Shown here: positions 1 through 12,880 of the stretch, one piece after another
Layout of the letters: every line of letters begins with the position of its first letter
Numbering within the stretch: position 1 is the stretch's first letter
From: Lama guanicoe
Taxonomy: Eukaryota
Length of the DNA: 64,000 nt
NCBI GenBank assembly: GCA_013239625.1
Contig: MU053881.1
Location: 12,166,879 to 12,230,878 of the forward strand
Direction of reading: 5' to 3'
Position numbers and translations under genes: made by a program
The notes under the pieces: generated by a model
What the model was told of the DNA's origin: nothing
The model's database searches: none
Seen by the model: only the letters and a program-made list of their open reading frames with translations

Positions 1-94
1 GGGTACTGCAAGAAACTGGGCAAAGTAAAAAATGTTTCCTGTCGACAAACTGGAGTATTTTGGGAAACCCACTTGACGTGTTGACATAACTTGA

Positions 95-170
95 GAACAT
101 TCATTTATCCAACAAATATTTAGAGACCTGCTATCTGCTAAGCACTAAGCAGCGTGCTGTGGATTTAACA
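95..170 (-). mobile_element. L2 3' end fragment
   Basis: cattcatttatccaacaaatatttagagacctgctatctgctaagcac resembles the reverse complement of the L2 3' terminus. Confidence 0.55.
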
Positions 171-1444
171 GCGAACATACAATGTACCTCTGAGATTTTT
201 TTTTTTCTGAAGGTCCTGGATAAATTTAAGAATCTGATATATAGACTCTCTTCCCAGGAAAAAAAAAATAAGAAACAAATTCACACATGTCCACGTTTTA
301 TATACAATTTCGGGGAAGCTGTAGAAAACCCAAAGCCAACACACATACCCAGAGAGTGTATTTATACACACACACACACACACAGAGCAACCTACCAATT
401 TCACTGCCCTCTGCCCAAGCAGTAATCTAACACGCTGCTGTATTTTATCTTTATGCATTTCAATTAAATTCAGGTTATATTCTGGACAGAAGCATCTTGA
501 TTAGAACAGATTACAAAAGGAGGCTCAAAAAGGCAGAGTAAAATGGCAGGTAATCTCAGCTCCTTCCCAGTCTTAGAGAGCTTCCTGAAGTAGTAGCTCA
601 CAGAAATTAAGTAAATCATTTTAATAGAGTTTTTAGAAACCTTCCCTAACTTGATTATCAACTTAGAGCACTTTCTATTTCTAAGTTTTACTCGTTTAAA
701 ACACTCGCATTTTCAATATGTGGATTGAAAGCCAGATATGATACAGAGAAAAATCAAGCCAAGGTATCCAATTTCACATAGAAAGAGAACGCCACGTTGA
801 CATTTAAATACTTATTTGCACAAAGGATGCTTTGGTTTTTTGTTTGTTTTTTTTTTAATTAACTACCCTGCACTCACTTGCTTTATGTATTACAATTCAT
901 GGATTATAGGAATTAAAAATGGAATAATATGTAGATGTCACCTAGAGGTGCTAAACCAACTCTCCTCCCTGGAATTGTCTGTCTAAATAAGAATGACACT
1001 AACCTTAGCATTTTCTCTCTGATTAGAGACACTATAGATTTGCAGTCGCCTCCATGTAATATAAATCAATAAAGAATAATTTTCCAGGCAGTAAATCAAT
1101 TGTCAGTTCACAGACCCTAATACCCCTGTGCAGGATTTATTGAAAAAATGAATGGCAGTCTTGTTAGGAGATGTACAGCATGCTTTATAGGGACATAATA
1201 GTGTAAACCCCAGACTATTACATTCACTCCAATGAGGAATCCAATAGGAATAACCCTTTCCTTTCCACAGAACACATACTTGAATGGATTTTCTAATGAC
1301 AAAATGAAAAAAACTCAAAAGATGATTAAAAGAAAACATCTCTGGAGTGGGAGGTTATGTCAGTCTTGGGGACATGATAACACCTTTGCTGGGACTTCCT
1401 GCACTTGAAGTGTGGTAGACGAAAAAGCTAACGTTCTAAATCTT

Positions 1445-1740
1445 TGCCATCCAACAGGTTATCCACTAGTCACACATGGAGTTTTTGAGTTCTTACGATA
1501 TGGCTAGTCCAAGCTGAGACGTGCCTCAAGTAAAAACAAACACTGGATTTCAAGGCCTTAGTACAAAACAAAAAACAAAATATCTCATTAGTCATCTGTA
1601 TACTGGTAATATGTTAAAATGGTCATATTGGGTTATATTAGGTTACCTAAAATACATTATTAAAATTAGTTTCCTGTCTTTTTTATGTGGCAACTAGAAA
1701 ATGTACAAGTACATGTGTGGTTTCCCTACTATTTCCATCC
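1445..1740. mobile_element. MER33-like hAT-Charlie non-autonomous DNA transposon
   Basis: ccactagtcacacatgg...tggctagtccaagctgagacgtg...cactggatttcaaggccttagtac...tattaaaattagtttcctgtc...tgtggcaactagaaaat follows the recalled MER33 consensus in order. Confidence 0.75.
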
Positions 1741-2768
1741 TGTTTCCCACAGCAAAGTGGCTCATGTGACTGAAAAACTGTATCACGGACAGCCAACGAT
1801 GAACCAGCAAATCCTCAGAGAAGCAGATAGTTGGGTAAGGGAATGACAAAATGAGGCCCCACTTTGAGAAGGAGAACAACCTACGGGGTTTTCTGAAAAA
1901 CTGGGGAGAAGGCAATACTTGGATGTTCATGAGTGGGAAGGGAGGACCCCACAGGTCGATTGGTGACTGACTGTTATTATTTAAAGCTGGGCAAATGAAA
2001 CTAGAGAAACTGAAAGGTTACTGTCAGACCTCCTAACGGCTACAAAGTCAGATGTCAACCAATGGGAAGTACAGGAAGGATAAAGCCAAGTAAAGTTTGA
2101 TCAATATCCTACGGAGATATTTTAAGTCTGTTTGTATCAAAAGGTATTTTGGTTCAATAGTTACCAGATGCCTAGAATCTTACACAAGGTCTGATTCTAG
2201 AAAATACTCAAAAAACACTGATAAATGAATGAAATGATGAAATAGAAAAGATCAAATGAACCTGAAGCATGATTCAAGTACCAAAAAAAAAAAGGGTACT
2301 ATTTTTTTCTATTGCATTGAAATAGAAATACCTATGGAGCAAAGTGGAGAAACTCTAGACAATGACAAAGAATTACTAAGAAAAGGTGGGTAAGATAGAA
2401 AGATTTTTAAACATAAGAGTAAGGAAAAAATTAAAATGCATAGGAGCATTAGTGAATCATAAAACAGGGGAAGGTAAACAAGAATTACCAGATGTTAAGA
2501 GTGACATGACCTAGGAAAATTTCTACCATTCAGTGATTGGGTGAGGTGGTAAGTATATTGTACCTGTTTGTATCTTGAATTCTGAGGTATCTTTCTGTAT
2601 CTTAATTTTTTTCAATTTGTGTCATGAAGCCTTGGAATTCATTCTAAAATTCCAGTAGTCTGTAACATCAATGATATGAGGAAACTCAAAGGATACAACC
2701 AACCGTTTCCAAATCCTCAGGAAGTCCTTTGACAGATTTAACACCAAGGAGAAAATGCATGCAAACTT

Positions 2769-2980
2769 CAGCACTTCTCAATTAGGGATGATTTTGCTCC
2801 CCAGGGGATGCATGGCAGTGTCTAGACATGGTTTGGATTGTCACTGTGTAGGGAGTACTACTGGCATCTAGTGGACAAAACCAGAAATGCTGCTAAATAT
2901 CCTATAATACACAAGACAGCACCCTCAAACAAAGAATTACCTGACACAAAACATCAATAGTGCAATGATAAGAAACCCTG
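2769..2980 (+). mobile_element. MER20 hAT-Charlie MITE
   Basis: Ends cagcacttctcaa and taagaaaccctg; internal gattttgctccccagggga and ggcatctagtgg...gctgctaaatatcct match MER20; length ~212 bp. Confidence 0.85.
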
Positions 2981-3999
2981 ATCTACAATAATACAGAAAC
3001 AGTATTTACAGAAGCCAGTGAAGGCGAGCTAAGAAAATACCAGAAATTTCAAAGCACTGCACTGATAGGATAAAAGAGCTTGTATAAATCTTGGGCTTAA
3101 AAACATGAAATAACACCTAAATTCATCATTCACCCCTGGTTCTCCTCTCTCAGTATCATTTTAGACGTTCAGCTAGAATTCTTAAGAAATCATTGTCTCT
3201 AAGGAAATGAGAAAAATAATTCAAAATTTTATGGGAGAAATATGTGCATCTTATGCAGAGGAAGTAAAAATTATGCTTTAGTCTATTATGAATAAAAAGA
3301 CTTGTCATAAATTTAGACTAGGTTTATTTCTTTATGCTTAATAAAGCCTGCACACAAGCATCTGAATAGAAAGAAGATAGAAAGTGTACCCATTAAAATA
3401 TTTACCCTTCCAAGTAACCTAAAGTAGTAAGAAATATAGGCTTAATTATCTTCTCAGATTTTCAGCTGGCACATGAATTTGTAGTCCTACTATACTTGAA
3501 AAGATAGAACATATCCAATGCCAGATTTAAATCTCCTGCTTTAAAAATACCTTCCTTTGGGCTGCAAACCATAATCAAATATTCTATAGTACCATTGAGT
3601 TTTACTACATTAATACGGTATTAAAGTATACTTTAGTGATACATTCATGATTTGTAATAATTGCAACTCTCAGAAACTAAAAGCCAGAAGCATTTGACTT
3701 TTACCTTCAAATATCCTCACTCAAATCCAGTTAAAATACTGTGTGAATCAGCATAAGAGCTTCTAGAGGCAGATATTAGAAACAATCATCATTTTTTAAA
3801 ATAATTCTGCTATCAAGTTCATGCTGGTATGTTATTCTTCTCAGGCAACGTATTTTTATTTTGATAGGAATTTATTAAGAATATACTTCAAAAGAATTCT
3901 AGTGATGGTATTTTCAGGGACCCAAAGCCGGGAAGCATGTATGTATGCATGTGGGTGGGAGTGGAAGGTGAGCAACAGGCAGACTTTTTGGACTATCTC

Positions 4000-4507
4000 A
4001 TCATACTCATTTCCTGAGACTGCTATAACCAACTGCCACAAATTTTGTGGCTTAAAACAACAGAAATTTGTTATTTGCAGTTATGGAGTCTAGAAATCTG
4101 AAATCAAGGTGTTGGCAGGGTTGGTTCCTTCTGGAGGGTCTCAGGAACAGTGTGTCCCATGCCTCTAGCCCAGCTTCCAGTGGTTGCTGGCACTCCTCGG
4201 TATTCTTTGGATTGCAGCGTCATTTAACCCCAGTATCTGCCTCCATCTTTACATGACTTTCTTCTCTATGTCTCTATCTCCTCTTGCCTGAGTAACTCCC
4301 TATGTGTCCTCTGCTCTTATAAGGGCAATGGTCATTGGATTTTGGGCCCACTTAATTTCAAGATAATTTCACCTCTAGACCCTTAACTAGTTGTATCTGC
4401 ATTTCTAGGTCCTTAACTAATTATAGCTGCAAAGACCCTATTTCCAAACCCAGTCCGAGGTTCTGAGTGGACACGAATTTTGGGAGGACACTATTCAACC
4501 CATCACA
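4000..4507 (-). mobile_element. MLT1 (ERVL-MaLR) solo LTR, MLT1C/D-like
   Basis: tggcttaaaacaacagaaattt, tctgaaatcaaggtgttggcagggttggttccttctggagg, caaagaccctatttccaaa and ctattcaacccatcaca are reverse-strand MLT1 hallmarks. Confidence 0.85.
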
Positions 4508-4804
4508 ATCACTATACCTTATTTGTGGTCAGCTATTTTGTTTAAATAAAGGTCTGACTTTCTGCCACTCTCTCTCTTTTATTTTCCTTATGGTGCCAAG
4601 CCTGAAATTAGATAATCCTTGCCAAGGACCCACTGTGTCATCATCTGAAAAACAGATGTCAATGAAAGAATCCAAACTGACTCAGAATAAAACAGTCCAC
4701 GTACCAGTTCGGGCTTTCTCAGAAAATACCTGGGACTGTCACTCAGGTGGTTTAACTTCTTAACGTTGGCATTATCAGGAAGATAAAATAAATTAACCAC
4801 GATA

Positions 4805-4930
4805 CAATGTACTTAGAGTTAGATCCTAGCTCTTCTACTGAATAACTATTTGACCTTAGCCAAATGACCCAATCTCAGGTCCTCTATTTGTAAAACCAGA
4901 ATAATGTAGTGTTGAATTTAATGATAAAAT
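4805..4930 (+). mobile_element. MIR fragment
   Basis: gatcctagctcttctact...tgaccttagccaaatgacccaatctcagg...tctatttgtaaaa resembles the MIR core. Confidence 0.65.
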
Positions 4931-4938
4931 AAAAATCC

Positions 4939-4958
4939 TGTGTGTGTGTGTGTGTGTG
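4939..4958. repeat. (TG)10 microsatellite
   Basis: Seen directly. Confidence 0.95.
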
Positions 4959-4964
4959 TAGACC

Positions 4965-5115
4965 CAGAGGTTAGCCAGATCTTTTGTTTGGCCAGCACAA
5001 TGGACTATGTTTTTTCATTTGAATTTAAATGACTTTAGGCAAAGAAAGCATTCTCCAATTTGCCAGAGGCACCACTCTTCCACCGCCTGTCCTAGGAAGC
5101 CTTTGAGTTTATTAC
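4965..5115 (-). mobile_element. MER102-like hAT-Charlie remnant, internally deleted
   Basis: ttttgtttggccagcaca, ttctccaatttgcc and aagcctttgagttt resemble the reverse complement of both MER102 ends. Confidence 0.5.
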
Positions 5116-6402
5116 TACACTGTAGACACACAGCAGATATTCAATAAAGAGGGAATGATATCAGAGGCTACCTGTCCCAATACAGACCATCCAATCCAGC
5201 AAAAGGGATTTCATTATCTAGAGAGAGAACTAATTCCATTTGTTAAAATAACTCCATTTTCTCATAAATTCTCATAGTTCTTCCATCTACTTCTGTAAGT
5301 TTTATTTACTGACCTTAGTTTTAATCCTAAAACAACATTAAATAAATCTAATCCTGTATCTAGTCAACTGTTTCTTTCATTTACATGAACACATCTATTG
5401 TGACTCTGCACTACATGAGATCATCTCTATGACAGTATTCAAAGGCATAACTGTAAATTACAATTACTATACATCATTGAACCATTCATCTCACTGCTGT
5501 CAGAAAATTGCCCCAGGAAATTTTCATGCTATGAGATGATTATATTTCAAGCTTATAAACAATCATCCCTCCTTTGGTTTTTTGACTTTGTGAGATATGA
5601 TGGGAAAACCCTAATTAATCACTCCCAGTGTTTATAGGGAAAAGGACAGAAATATACCCTTGTGTGTATTTAACAAAGGCTCTCGTTTGTCTACTTTCCT
5701 TGGGCCCAAGGATCATAGAGTAAGATTAATAGGCAATTTTCCTTCTTACCAAAGTAATTTTTAAAGCAGCCTTAACCTTCAGATTTAGCAACTGGTTGTG
5801 GTAACCTTTCCACCCCCACCCCCACCCCCAGGCCACCTTTCCAGCTCCAGAAGCCCTACAGAAAAGTTTGAAGTTTGGAAGTTCATTGAAAATGCTAGCT
5901 TGAAACTATTGACCAATGGTCATATGTCAGGAGTCTGGAGATTGTGACAGGGACTCTGAATTAACCCTGCTATTCTTGGTATTTAGAATGCATGAGAAAG
6001 AAATACCAATCACCTTAGACAGCAACTTCTCATGCGAAGGCTGTTAATTGTCAAGTGACCAGATGTCAATATGGTCAGCTCTTTGCAATGGCTATAGGAA
6101 TTCTATGGAGTCTGGAATGCTGAGATACTTACTTATCTTGCTGATGGCAAAATAAACTACTGTCACCAAGCCCTTGACATTCAGGCCCTGCAGAAGCTAA
6201 CTTTCTTTAAAGATATGGCAATCTGAAGGGCCCAATACATTAACTACTGGTAATGGGAAAGACAAGAATGCCGTTGGCAGCAATTTCCAAAGTATATCAT
6301 GTTTACAATTCTTTTCTATTCCTCTGTTCTCACCCAACGCTCAACTTATCCAAATAATTCTCTGATTAATGAAACAGCTGCATTTAAAATCTTCTAGTGT
6401 AA

Positions 6403-6589
6403 CAGTGGTTCTCCAATTTTAGCATACATCAGAATCACCTGAAATATTTGCTAAAACAGATTGCTGGACCTCACTCCCAGAATTTCTGATTCAGTACTTC
6501 TGGAGCGTGGCCCAAGAGTGCGCATTCTTAACCAACTACTTCGTAATGCTAATGCTGCTGGCCTGGGGATCCCGTTTTGAGAAGCACTG
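6403..6589 (+). mobile_element. MER5A hAT-Charlie MITE
   Basis: Terminal inverted repeats cagtggttctc...gagaagcactg; internal catcagaatcacctg and tttctgattcagta. Confidence 0.9.
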
Positions 6590-8187
6590 CTGTAGGAAAA
6601 ATCTCTTTTAATTTTCCCCTTGCTTCAGGCAGCTGCTGCTTCAGAGGTACACAGCCCTATGCAGTCCTTTGGTGTAAGATACTTAATGTACCTCATTGTT
6701 TATTTGACCAATAATCTTCTTATGGTATTACAGAAACAGTTAAGCTTGAGTTTAGATTAGTCAAAATTCAGACACTTTCCCATCAATCAAACCAAATATT
6801 TACCAGAGGTATTTTTCTCCCTGCCAGGGAAAGCTAGAATTCCATATTAGCAGCTCAGCACACTCCTTCTCCAGCTCATATTTGTGTATTTGGAAGAAGG
6901 CTGGGAAAATAAACTCCATCTCTTTGCAGCACAATTGCTCTGTGAAGCGTGTCTTCCCCCAGAGAAATCAGGTGCCTAGTGCACAGCAGAAATTTATGTT
7001 GAAGAAAGTCTGTTTATAAGAGGCGAACGTGTAACCCAAATTTATCTCCCAGTGACAACTTCAGAATCTGAAAATTTCCAACTTCTCCCCTTGTGAGTTG
7101 CTTGAAATTGCTGTTTTTCAAGTCAAGAACACCTGTTTAGTGTTTTTCTCTGCGCCCTCCCTGGTAAATGAAGCCGCTAGGAAAACAGCATCTGAAGGTT
7201 TTAATGAATAAGACACACAAAGTATTGACAGATTTCAGCACATTATACAACCCTTACCCTGTCCCCCTAATGAGGTAAGATCAAAAAGGAAGAAAACAGT
7301 TGTGATATTGGGCTCTGGAGTTTGTTTTTAAACTGCTGCAAATGAGCTCAGATAGAGTACCATTCTACCGGGTATGGTCGTAAGCAATTTGCACATTGCT
7401 GTGAAATCACATAGACAGACATGATTTCGGTAAGTGAACAGCTAAAGGTTTGATGTTCAGCATCAGGAACTCTTCCAAATAACTTTCCATCTCAACTACA
7501 CAACACGCTAGTAATCAAAATTCCACTTGTGCCTTTACCACTGGGTCAGAGGCAACGACAAAGCCAAAAACACAGAAACAAACCACCAAAAAGCCTGAGC
7601 CACTTACTGAATCTTATTCTAATCCAACAGTTATTGAGTACCTACTCTGTACAAAGTACAGATTTTGAGAACCTAAAAGGCACATATGAGTTATGGTTGG
7701 GTGGGGTGAGGAATCAGTAAAAGGTTTCCGGATAACCTTTACTCACCTAATATACTGTTATAAAGCACCTGCTTTGTGCTAGTTACAGACCTATGTAGAA
7801 ATATTTGATGGTCACAGTCCCCATATGCCTCTGTGGATTCTGGTCTAGTCATAGCAACAAAGAAACAGGTCAATAAATAAATGGATACGTAATTACAAGT
7901 TAAGAGATGTACACTAAAAAAAACAAACAGAAAGCTTTTCATTCAGCCAACACTCACTATGTAGCTACAGCTACAGTAAGTCAGGTCCTGCGGCCTGAAG
8001 GATCGATGGAACTTTGAGAACAAGATAAGAAAACACTGAGGAAAGAAGGGAGAATAATAGTCAATGTAGAATGAATAACATGAGGAAATGTATAGGACAG
8101 TAAATTACAAGTGAGTCAACACACAGAAGTGAGATCTTTTAAGGCTTTGAACTTGATACAAGAGTGTTTGGACTTTATTCTCCAGTA

Positions 8188-8805
8188 CAGAGGTTTATAA
8201 ACTGGGGTTACAAAATAATTAAACCACTGAGCGAAGCAAAAACAGATTAAAATATCTATTCACATTTCTTACCTAAAGTATTTAAGACAAAGATCATCAT
8301 AGCTCCCTTACTTGACCCATATGTTGAATAGACATGGATCTTGAAAGAAATTTTGACAAGAGCAGGTCATTTCCTTCAATCTTGCCCTCACTTACAGTGC
8401 TTATATAGCTGCCCTGAAATGGTAATTGATGTGCATATGTTTTAACAAGTAGAGTACTTACAATAATTTATGATAAGATAAGAACTCATCAGGAACATCA
8501 TACATATATCACTCAGATATTTGTTGGTTATCTTAAGGGAGAGTATTTAAAAGAATTGTAGAGTTGTCAAATTAAAGATGTATTACACATTTTTTAAGAG
8601 AAATACATTCCAAAACTTCAGGCCTTTTCTATGATGACAATAGGTTTAAAATATCATACATGCCAGGGGGAGGGTATAGCTCAGTGGTAGAGTGCATGCC
8701 TAGCGTGCAGGAAGTCCTGGGTTCAATCTCCAGTACCTCCAACAAAAAAATAAATAAATCTAGTTACCTCCTCCACAAAAACAAAAACAAACAAACAAAC
8801 AAAAT

Positions 8806-8846
<41 letters not shown>

Positions 8847-9660
8847 ATATATATATATCATACATGCCTTAACTGTGCCTTTAAGGTAAATGTAAATATT
8901 TTAGTAACTAAGAGAGTAACTTCTCTGAAGGGACAGAAAAACAGCTATGGAGAAAACACTTACTATATTCATATTTGGCAATTTTCCCACTTAAAATGTT
9001 TTGTTACCAGAATGACTTAAGTGTATGTCACAGTTAAATATATATCAACACATTTAAAATTGGAAATGGAATTTTCAAGTTTGTGTATGAATGTTCAAAG
9101 GTTTAAAGCCATGGTTAATAACATGAAAATGTTTGACTGATTAACTTGCTAGATTAACTTAATTAATTTGCAAGAAAAAATGACTAATATTAAAGAAAGT
9201 AGAAATTTACCTGTCAAATTTCAGCCAAAAAAAAAAAATGTCAAATGGTTGGCAAAGTTTTCCATGGAAGAAAATGAATATCATGACAGTACAGTAAGCA
9301 ATATATTCTCTCATATGTATATTACGAGGCAAAAATTTTTTAGTTATAACATCATATCAGAATGATTTGGAAGTAGTCCAAGATATTCAACATGTTAAAT
9401 CAAAAGGTTAAACCAAGATTTTCACAAAATAATAGAGCATAATTTCATCACATTTCTTATTGATAATATTAATAATTTTTACTGAGAAATAGAAATTTAA
9501 TACTATACCCAAAATTTTTAAATATCTTAAAATCTTGTTTATCTTTTGCACATGTTTTTTTAAATCTTACATATGCTTTTAAGTTTATAAAATTCTGGTA
9601 TAATAGTACATGAACAAAAATCATTATTAAATAAAAACAGATTCATGGGTACACAAATTA
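8188..9660 (+). mobile_element. Highly decayed Charlie-type hAT transposon remnant, interrupted by a SINE
   Basis: Starts cagaggtttataaactgggg (hAT-like end); aaaggttaaaccaagattttc...catttcttattga resembles the 3' end of Charlie transposase sequence. Confidence 0.4.
8665..8854 (+). mobile_element. tRNA(Ala)-derived SINE, camelid vic-1 type, with A-rich then (CA)n(TA)n tail
   Basis: tRNA-Ala(AGC)-like head with A box tagctcagtgg and B box ggttcaatc, then aaataaataaatctagttacctcc and an A-rich tail; 14-bp TSD atatcatacatgcc at 8651-8664 and 8855-8868. Confidence 0.88.
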
Positions 9661-10919
9661 TGTAATAAGGCTATTGCAGAGATCCTACTAAGTGGACTGA
9701 AAATAAAAGACTCACTTCAAGAGCGATGTTAACAATTACAGAACCAAAGAAGAAAGGAGGAGAAACAGATGTAGGGAGTATGCTGAGAACAATACTGTAA
9801 AACCACCTAAAGTTCTCGTTCTGTATTGTACCCTTAATGCCTATTACTCAATTATAATAAACTGTCCACCATTTCAGTGAAACTTTCTATAACCAATGTC
9901 ATATTAAACTTTTACAACACTGCTTTGGAACAGAAACATGAAATTATTGAGGGTTGAAATGGATATAGTCTAGTACATGTACAACAGATGCTTTTCATGT
10001 TCTGTCCTCTGAGCTACTCACTGAACTGCCTGACTGGAGGATCAGTGAAGGCTGGATGCTACTGGAATCCAACCAGCAAGTGCAACTTACTGGGTAATGG
10101 GGCAACACACAGAGTTTTTCAATGCTGACAGAACACTTGCTGTTGAATGAATACAGACTTAAGGAGAGAACTAAAGTGAACAGTCACTGTGCTACGGAGC
10201 TCTCCATTTTACTTCTTGGCTGGAAAATCTGGGTAGCGTTCAACTAAAAAATTCTCCATATGCTAGTAGTTTGGCAAGATGCTGTAAGAGCATTTAAATG
10301 TATATACCCTCTGACCCTGTAATCCTACTTCTAGTACCCTATACTGGAAAATTAAGCAGCTATGGGGGGGTGCGAATAATTTCTACAAATGTTCATTTAG
10401 TTTGGTCTTTCTATATTTTCTTCAACCTCCCCTAGTTTCAAGCAATGGCTAGGCTATCATTTGTCTCGACTCAAGTATTTTTCAGGGCAAGAAATAAAAG
10501 AAGCCCACATATAGAGTTCTTTCTACAGGCAGCAGATTCATAGAAGAGATAGTGCTAGGTGTGGAAAAGGAAGGAGAAAACAAAATTAAAAGGCAAAAAA
10601 AAAAAATGAGAGAAGTTTCCTCAGATCAGAGTGAGGAGTGAGTACTGTGGGTATTAATTCATATACACGTCTCAGTTTTTACCTACCCAAGGAACTCAGG
10701 CTGGATTTTCAACACCAGCTCTGCCACTTACAGATTGGGTAACCTTAATTAAGCTCTGTTCCACGTCCTGCGGATAAAGCAGTGAACAAGACAGACAAGC
10801 CCTATCCTCATGGAACTTAACATCCTCTTAAAAGACAAAATAAAATAAATAACTCGTCCTCCCGGGGAAATGATGTTTCCCAAAGCTGGGATAAAAATAA
10901 GTTAAAAAAAAAAAACCCT

Positions 10920-11545
10920 CAGTAATGACACAGATGATGGAACTAGTAGACACACACATTAAGTCAGCTAATGTAACTCTATGCAAGTCTTTTCAGGAAA
11001 CCACAATACAATGAGACAAACAGATGATATCAGATCCAAATGGAACTTCTATACTTCAAAAATACAGCACCTGAAATGAAAAATTCACTAGAAAGTCAGA
11101 ATGGCAGATTGCACTCTACAAAAGGAAACATCAGGGAACCTGAAAACAGCAATAAAACGTATCAAAATAAAGCACAGAGAGAAACAAAGAGCAAAAAAAA
11201 AAAAAAAAAAAAAACAAAAAAAAAAAAAGACAAGCTGAAGAAAGGTAAAATCAGAAAAATCATTTGAAGAAATAATGGCCACAATTTTTCCAAATTCGAT
11301 GAAAACGTTCAACACACACATTCAAAAAAATCAACAAAACTCAAGCAGGATAAATACAAAGAACACCATATCAATACACGTAATAATCAAATTGCTTTAA
11401 AAAAAAGTCATAAAGAGAAAAATCTTAAAAGCAATCAGAGAAAAATAGAGACAGATTATGTACACATAAAAGTAAGGAATTTAAATGACTTCTCATCAGA
11501 AACTATGTAAGCAGAAAGACAATGGAATGCCATCTTTAAAGAAAA
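10920..11545 (+). mobile_element. Old L1M fragment (decayed ORF1 region)
   Basis: gaaatgaaaaattcacta, gaagaaataatggccacaatttttccaaattcgatgaaaac and gacttctcatcagaaactatg are L1 ORF1 landmarks. Confidence 0.75.
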
Positions 11546-11559
11546 TAAAGAATATCAGC

Positions 11560-12490
11560 ATTTGGGAAATCTCTTCTAATAAATCTAGGCCATGATTATC
11601 TAATCTACTAACATCACAAAAAGACAACTTATTTATCTCCTGTTGGAGGTACACAAACCACATTTATTTGTGTTTTTGCCAAAAAATAAGAAACTAAATC
11701 AGATCAAACTTCTAGGTGCAAAATACAGGGGACATAGGAGCATATTAAATAAAGTTTACTGGTTGCAATCAGGAAAACCTGGAATGAGGGAACTACTATA
11801 AGGAATAAGGAAAGCATTTCCTCAGCCAAATAAATCTCAAGAAAATAAAGAGATTTAAGAGATCTATCAATCAAATTCAATCAATGTGTGGGTTTTATTT
11901 ACATTCTGATTTTAACAGATTAGCCAATAAGTTTGCACTAACTGGATATTTAATGATATTAAGGAATCAGATATCCATACTAAAATGTTTATGATGTATG
12001 CAAATTTGTTTGGGAGGGGGTGAAGAGTATATACAGGTATAAGTGAACACAGTGGCCATTAGCTGATGTTTACTTCAGCTGAGTGAAAGGTACATAGAGA
12101 CTCACTGCTCTCTGCTTTGATGTATACAATTTACAGAATAAAAAAACATTAAGAACATTAAGTGAAAGAATGAAATTTTTTTCATATATATGTTTAAGGA
12201 ATAAAATTCATATTCTCCATATCTACAGACACATTATCTACAGTGTTAAAGAACTGAAATGGGGGTCAGTAAGGATATAAAAATGTATACAGTACAATCC
12301 CAATTTAACTTTTAAATACATAGGACTATTTACATATGTCTGTAAAAGAGAGTAGACAAAATAAGAGAAAAACAAATGGCAAGATATTAGCTGTAAATTA
12401 CCTCCAAGCAGCAGAATTATCAATGATTTATTTCACTAAAAACTTTTTTTCAAACTTTCTATGTGTATTACTTATTACTGTAATTAGAAA
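11560..12490 (+). mobile_element. Old L1MC/L1ME 3' UTR fragments
   Basis: aagagatttaagagatctatcaatcaaa, actggatatttaatgatattaaggaat and A-rich ends. Confidence 0.6.
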
Positions 12491-12699
12491 AAGTATAAAT
12501 TGTTTAAAATAGAGGCCAAAAGAAGCATATTCAAAATCAAATTCATAGTAAGAGTTTGATTAGGAAAACTAAGTCTGCCCTTTGCTTTGGACTTCATGAA
12601 TAAAGGGATAATCCAGAAATTCTGCGTCACAAGATCTGTGCATCTGGTATGTCTTCTCCAGGCACATTTAACCCATTCTTTAATTCTTTTCTGAAAGCA

Positions 12700-12880
12700 C
12701 ATTGTACATGTCTCTTTCTTAGTGCTTCTTTATCACATTATATTATCTTTTATAATTGCCTCTTTCTCCTCTTACTTAAATGCAGGACCTTAGAGACAAG
12801 AAACCACATCTTATTCATCTTCGTATCTCAGCACTGACCCATATATGTTCACTAAATATATGTTAAATGAATGAGTGAGT
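12700..12880 (+). mobile_element. L2 3' end
   Basis: cttattcatcttcgtatctcagcac...taaatatatgttaaatgaatgagtga. Confidence 0.65.

Noticed and set aside
402..422. CTCF-like gggcagagggcagtg (also near 940, 19685 and 38415)
   Set aside because: Each lacks key core positions; partial matches are common
6014..6190. Two small minus-strand exon-like segments (PSHEKLLSK; GLNVKGLVTVVYFAISKI)
   Set aside because: Weak acceptors and no recognisable protein; typical pseudo-exons
8670..8741. Apparent tRNA-Ala(AGC) gene
   Set aside because: Stem mismatches, a SINE body and tail, and a flanking TSD show it is a SINE head
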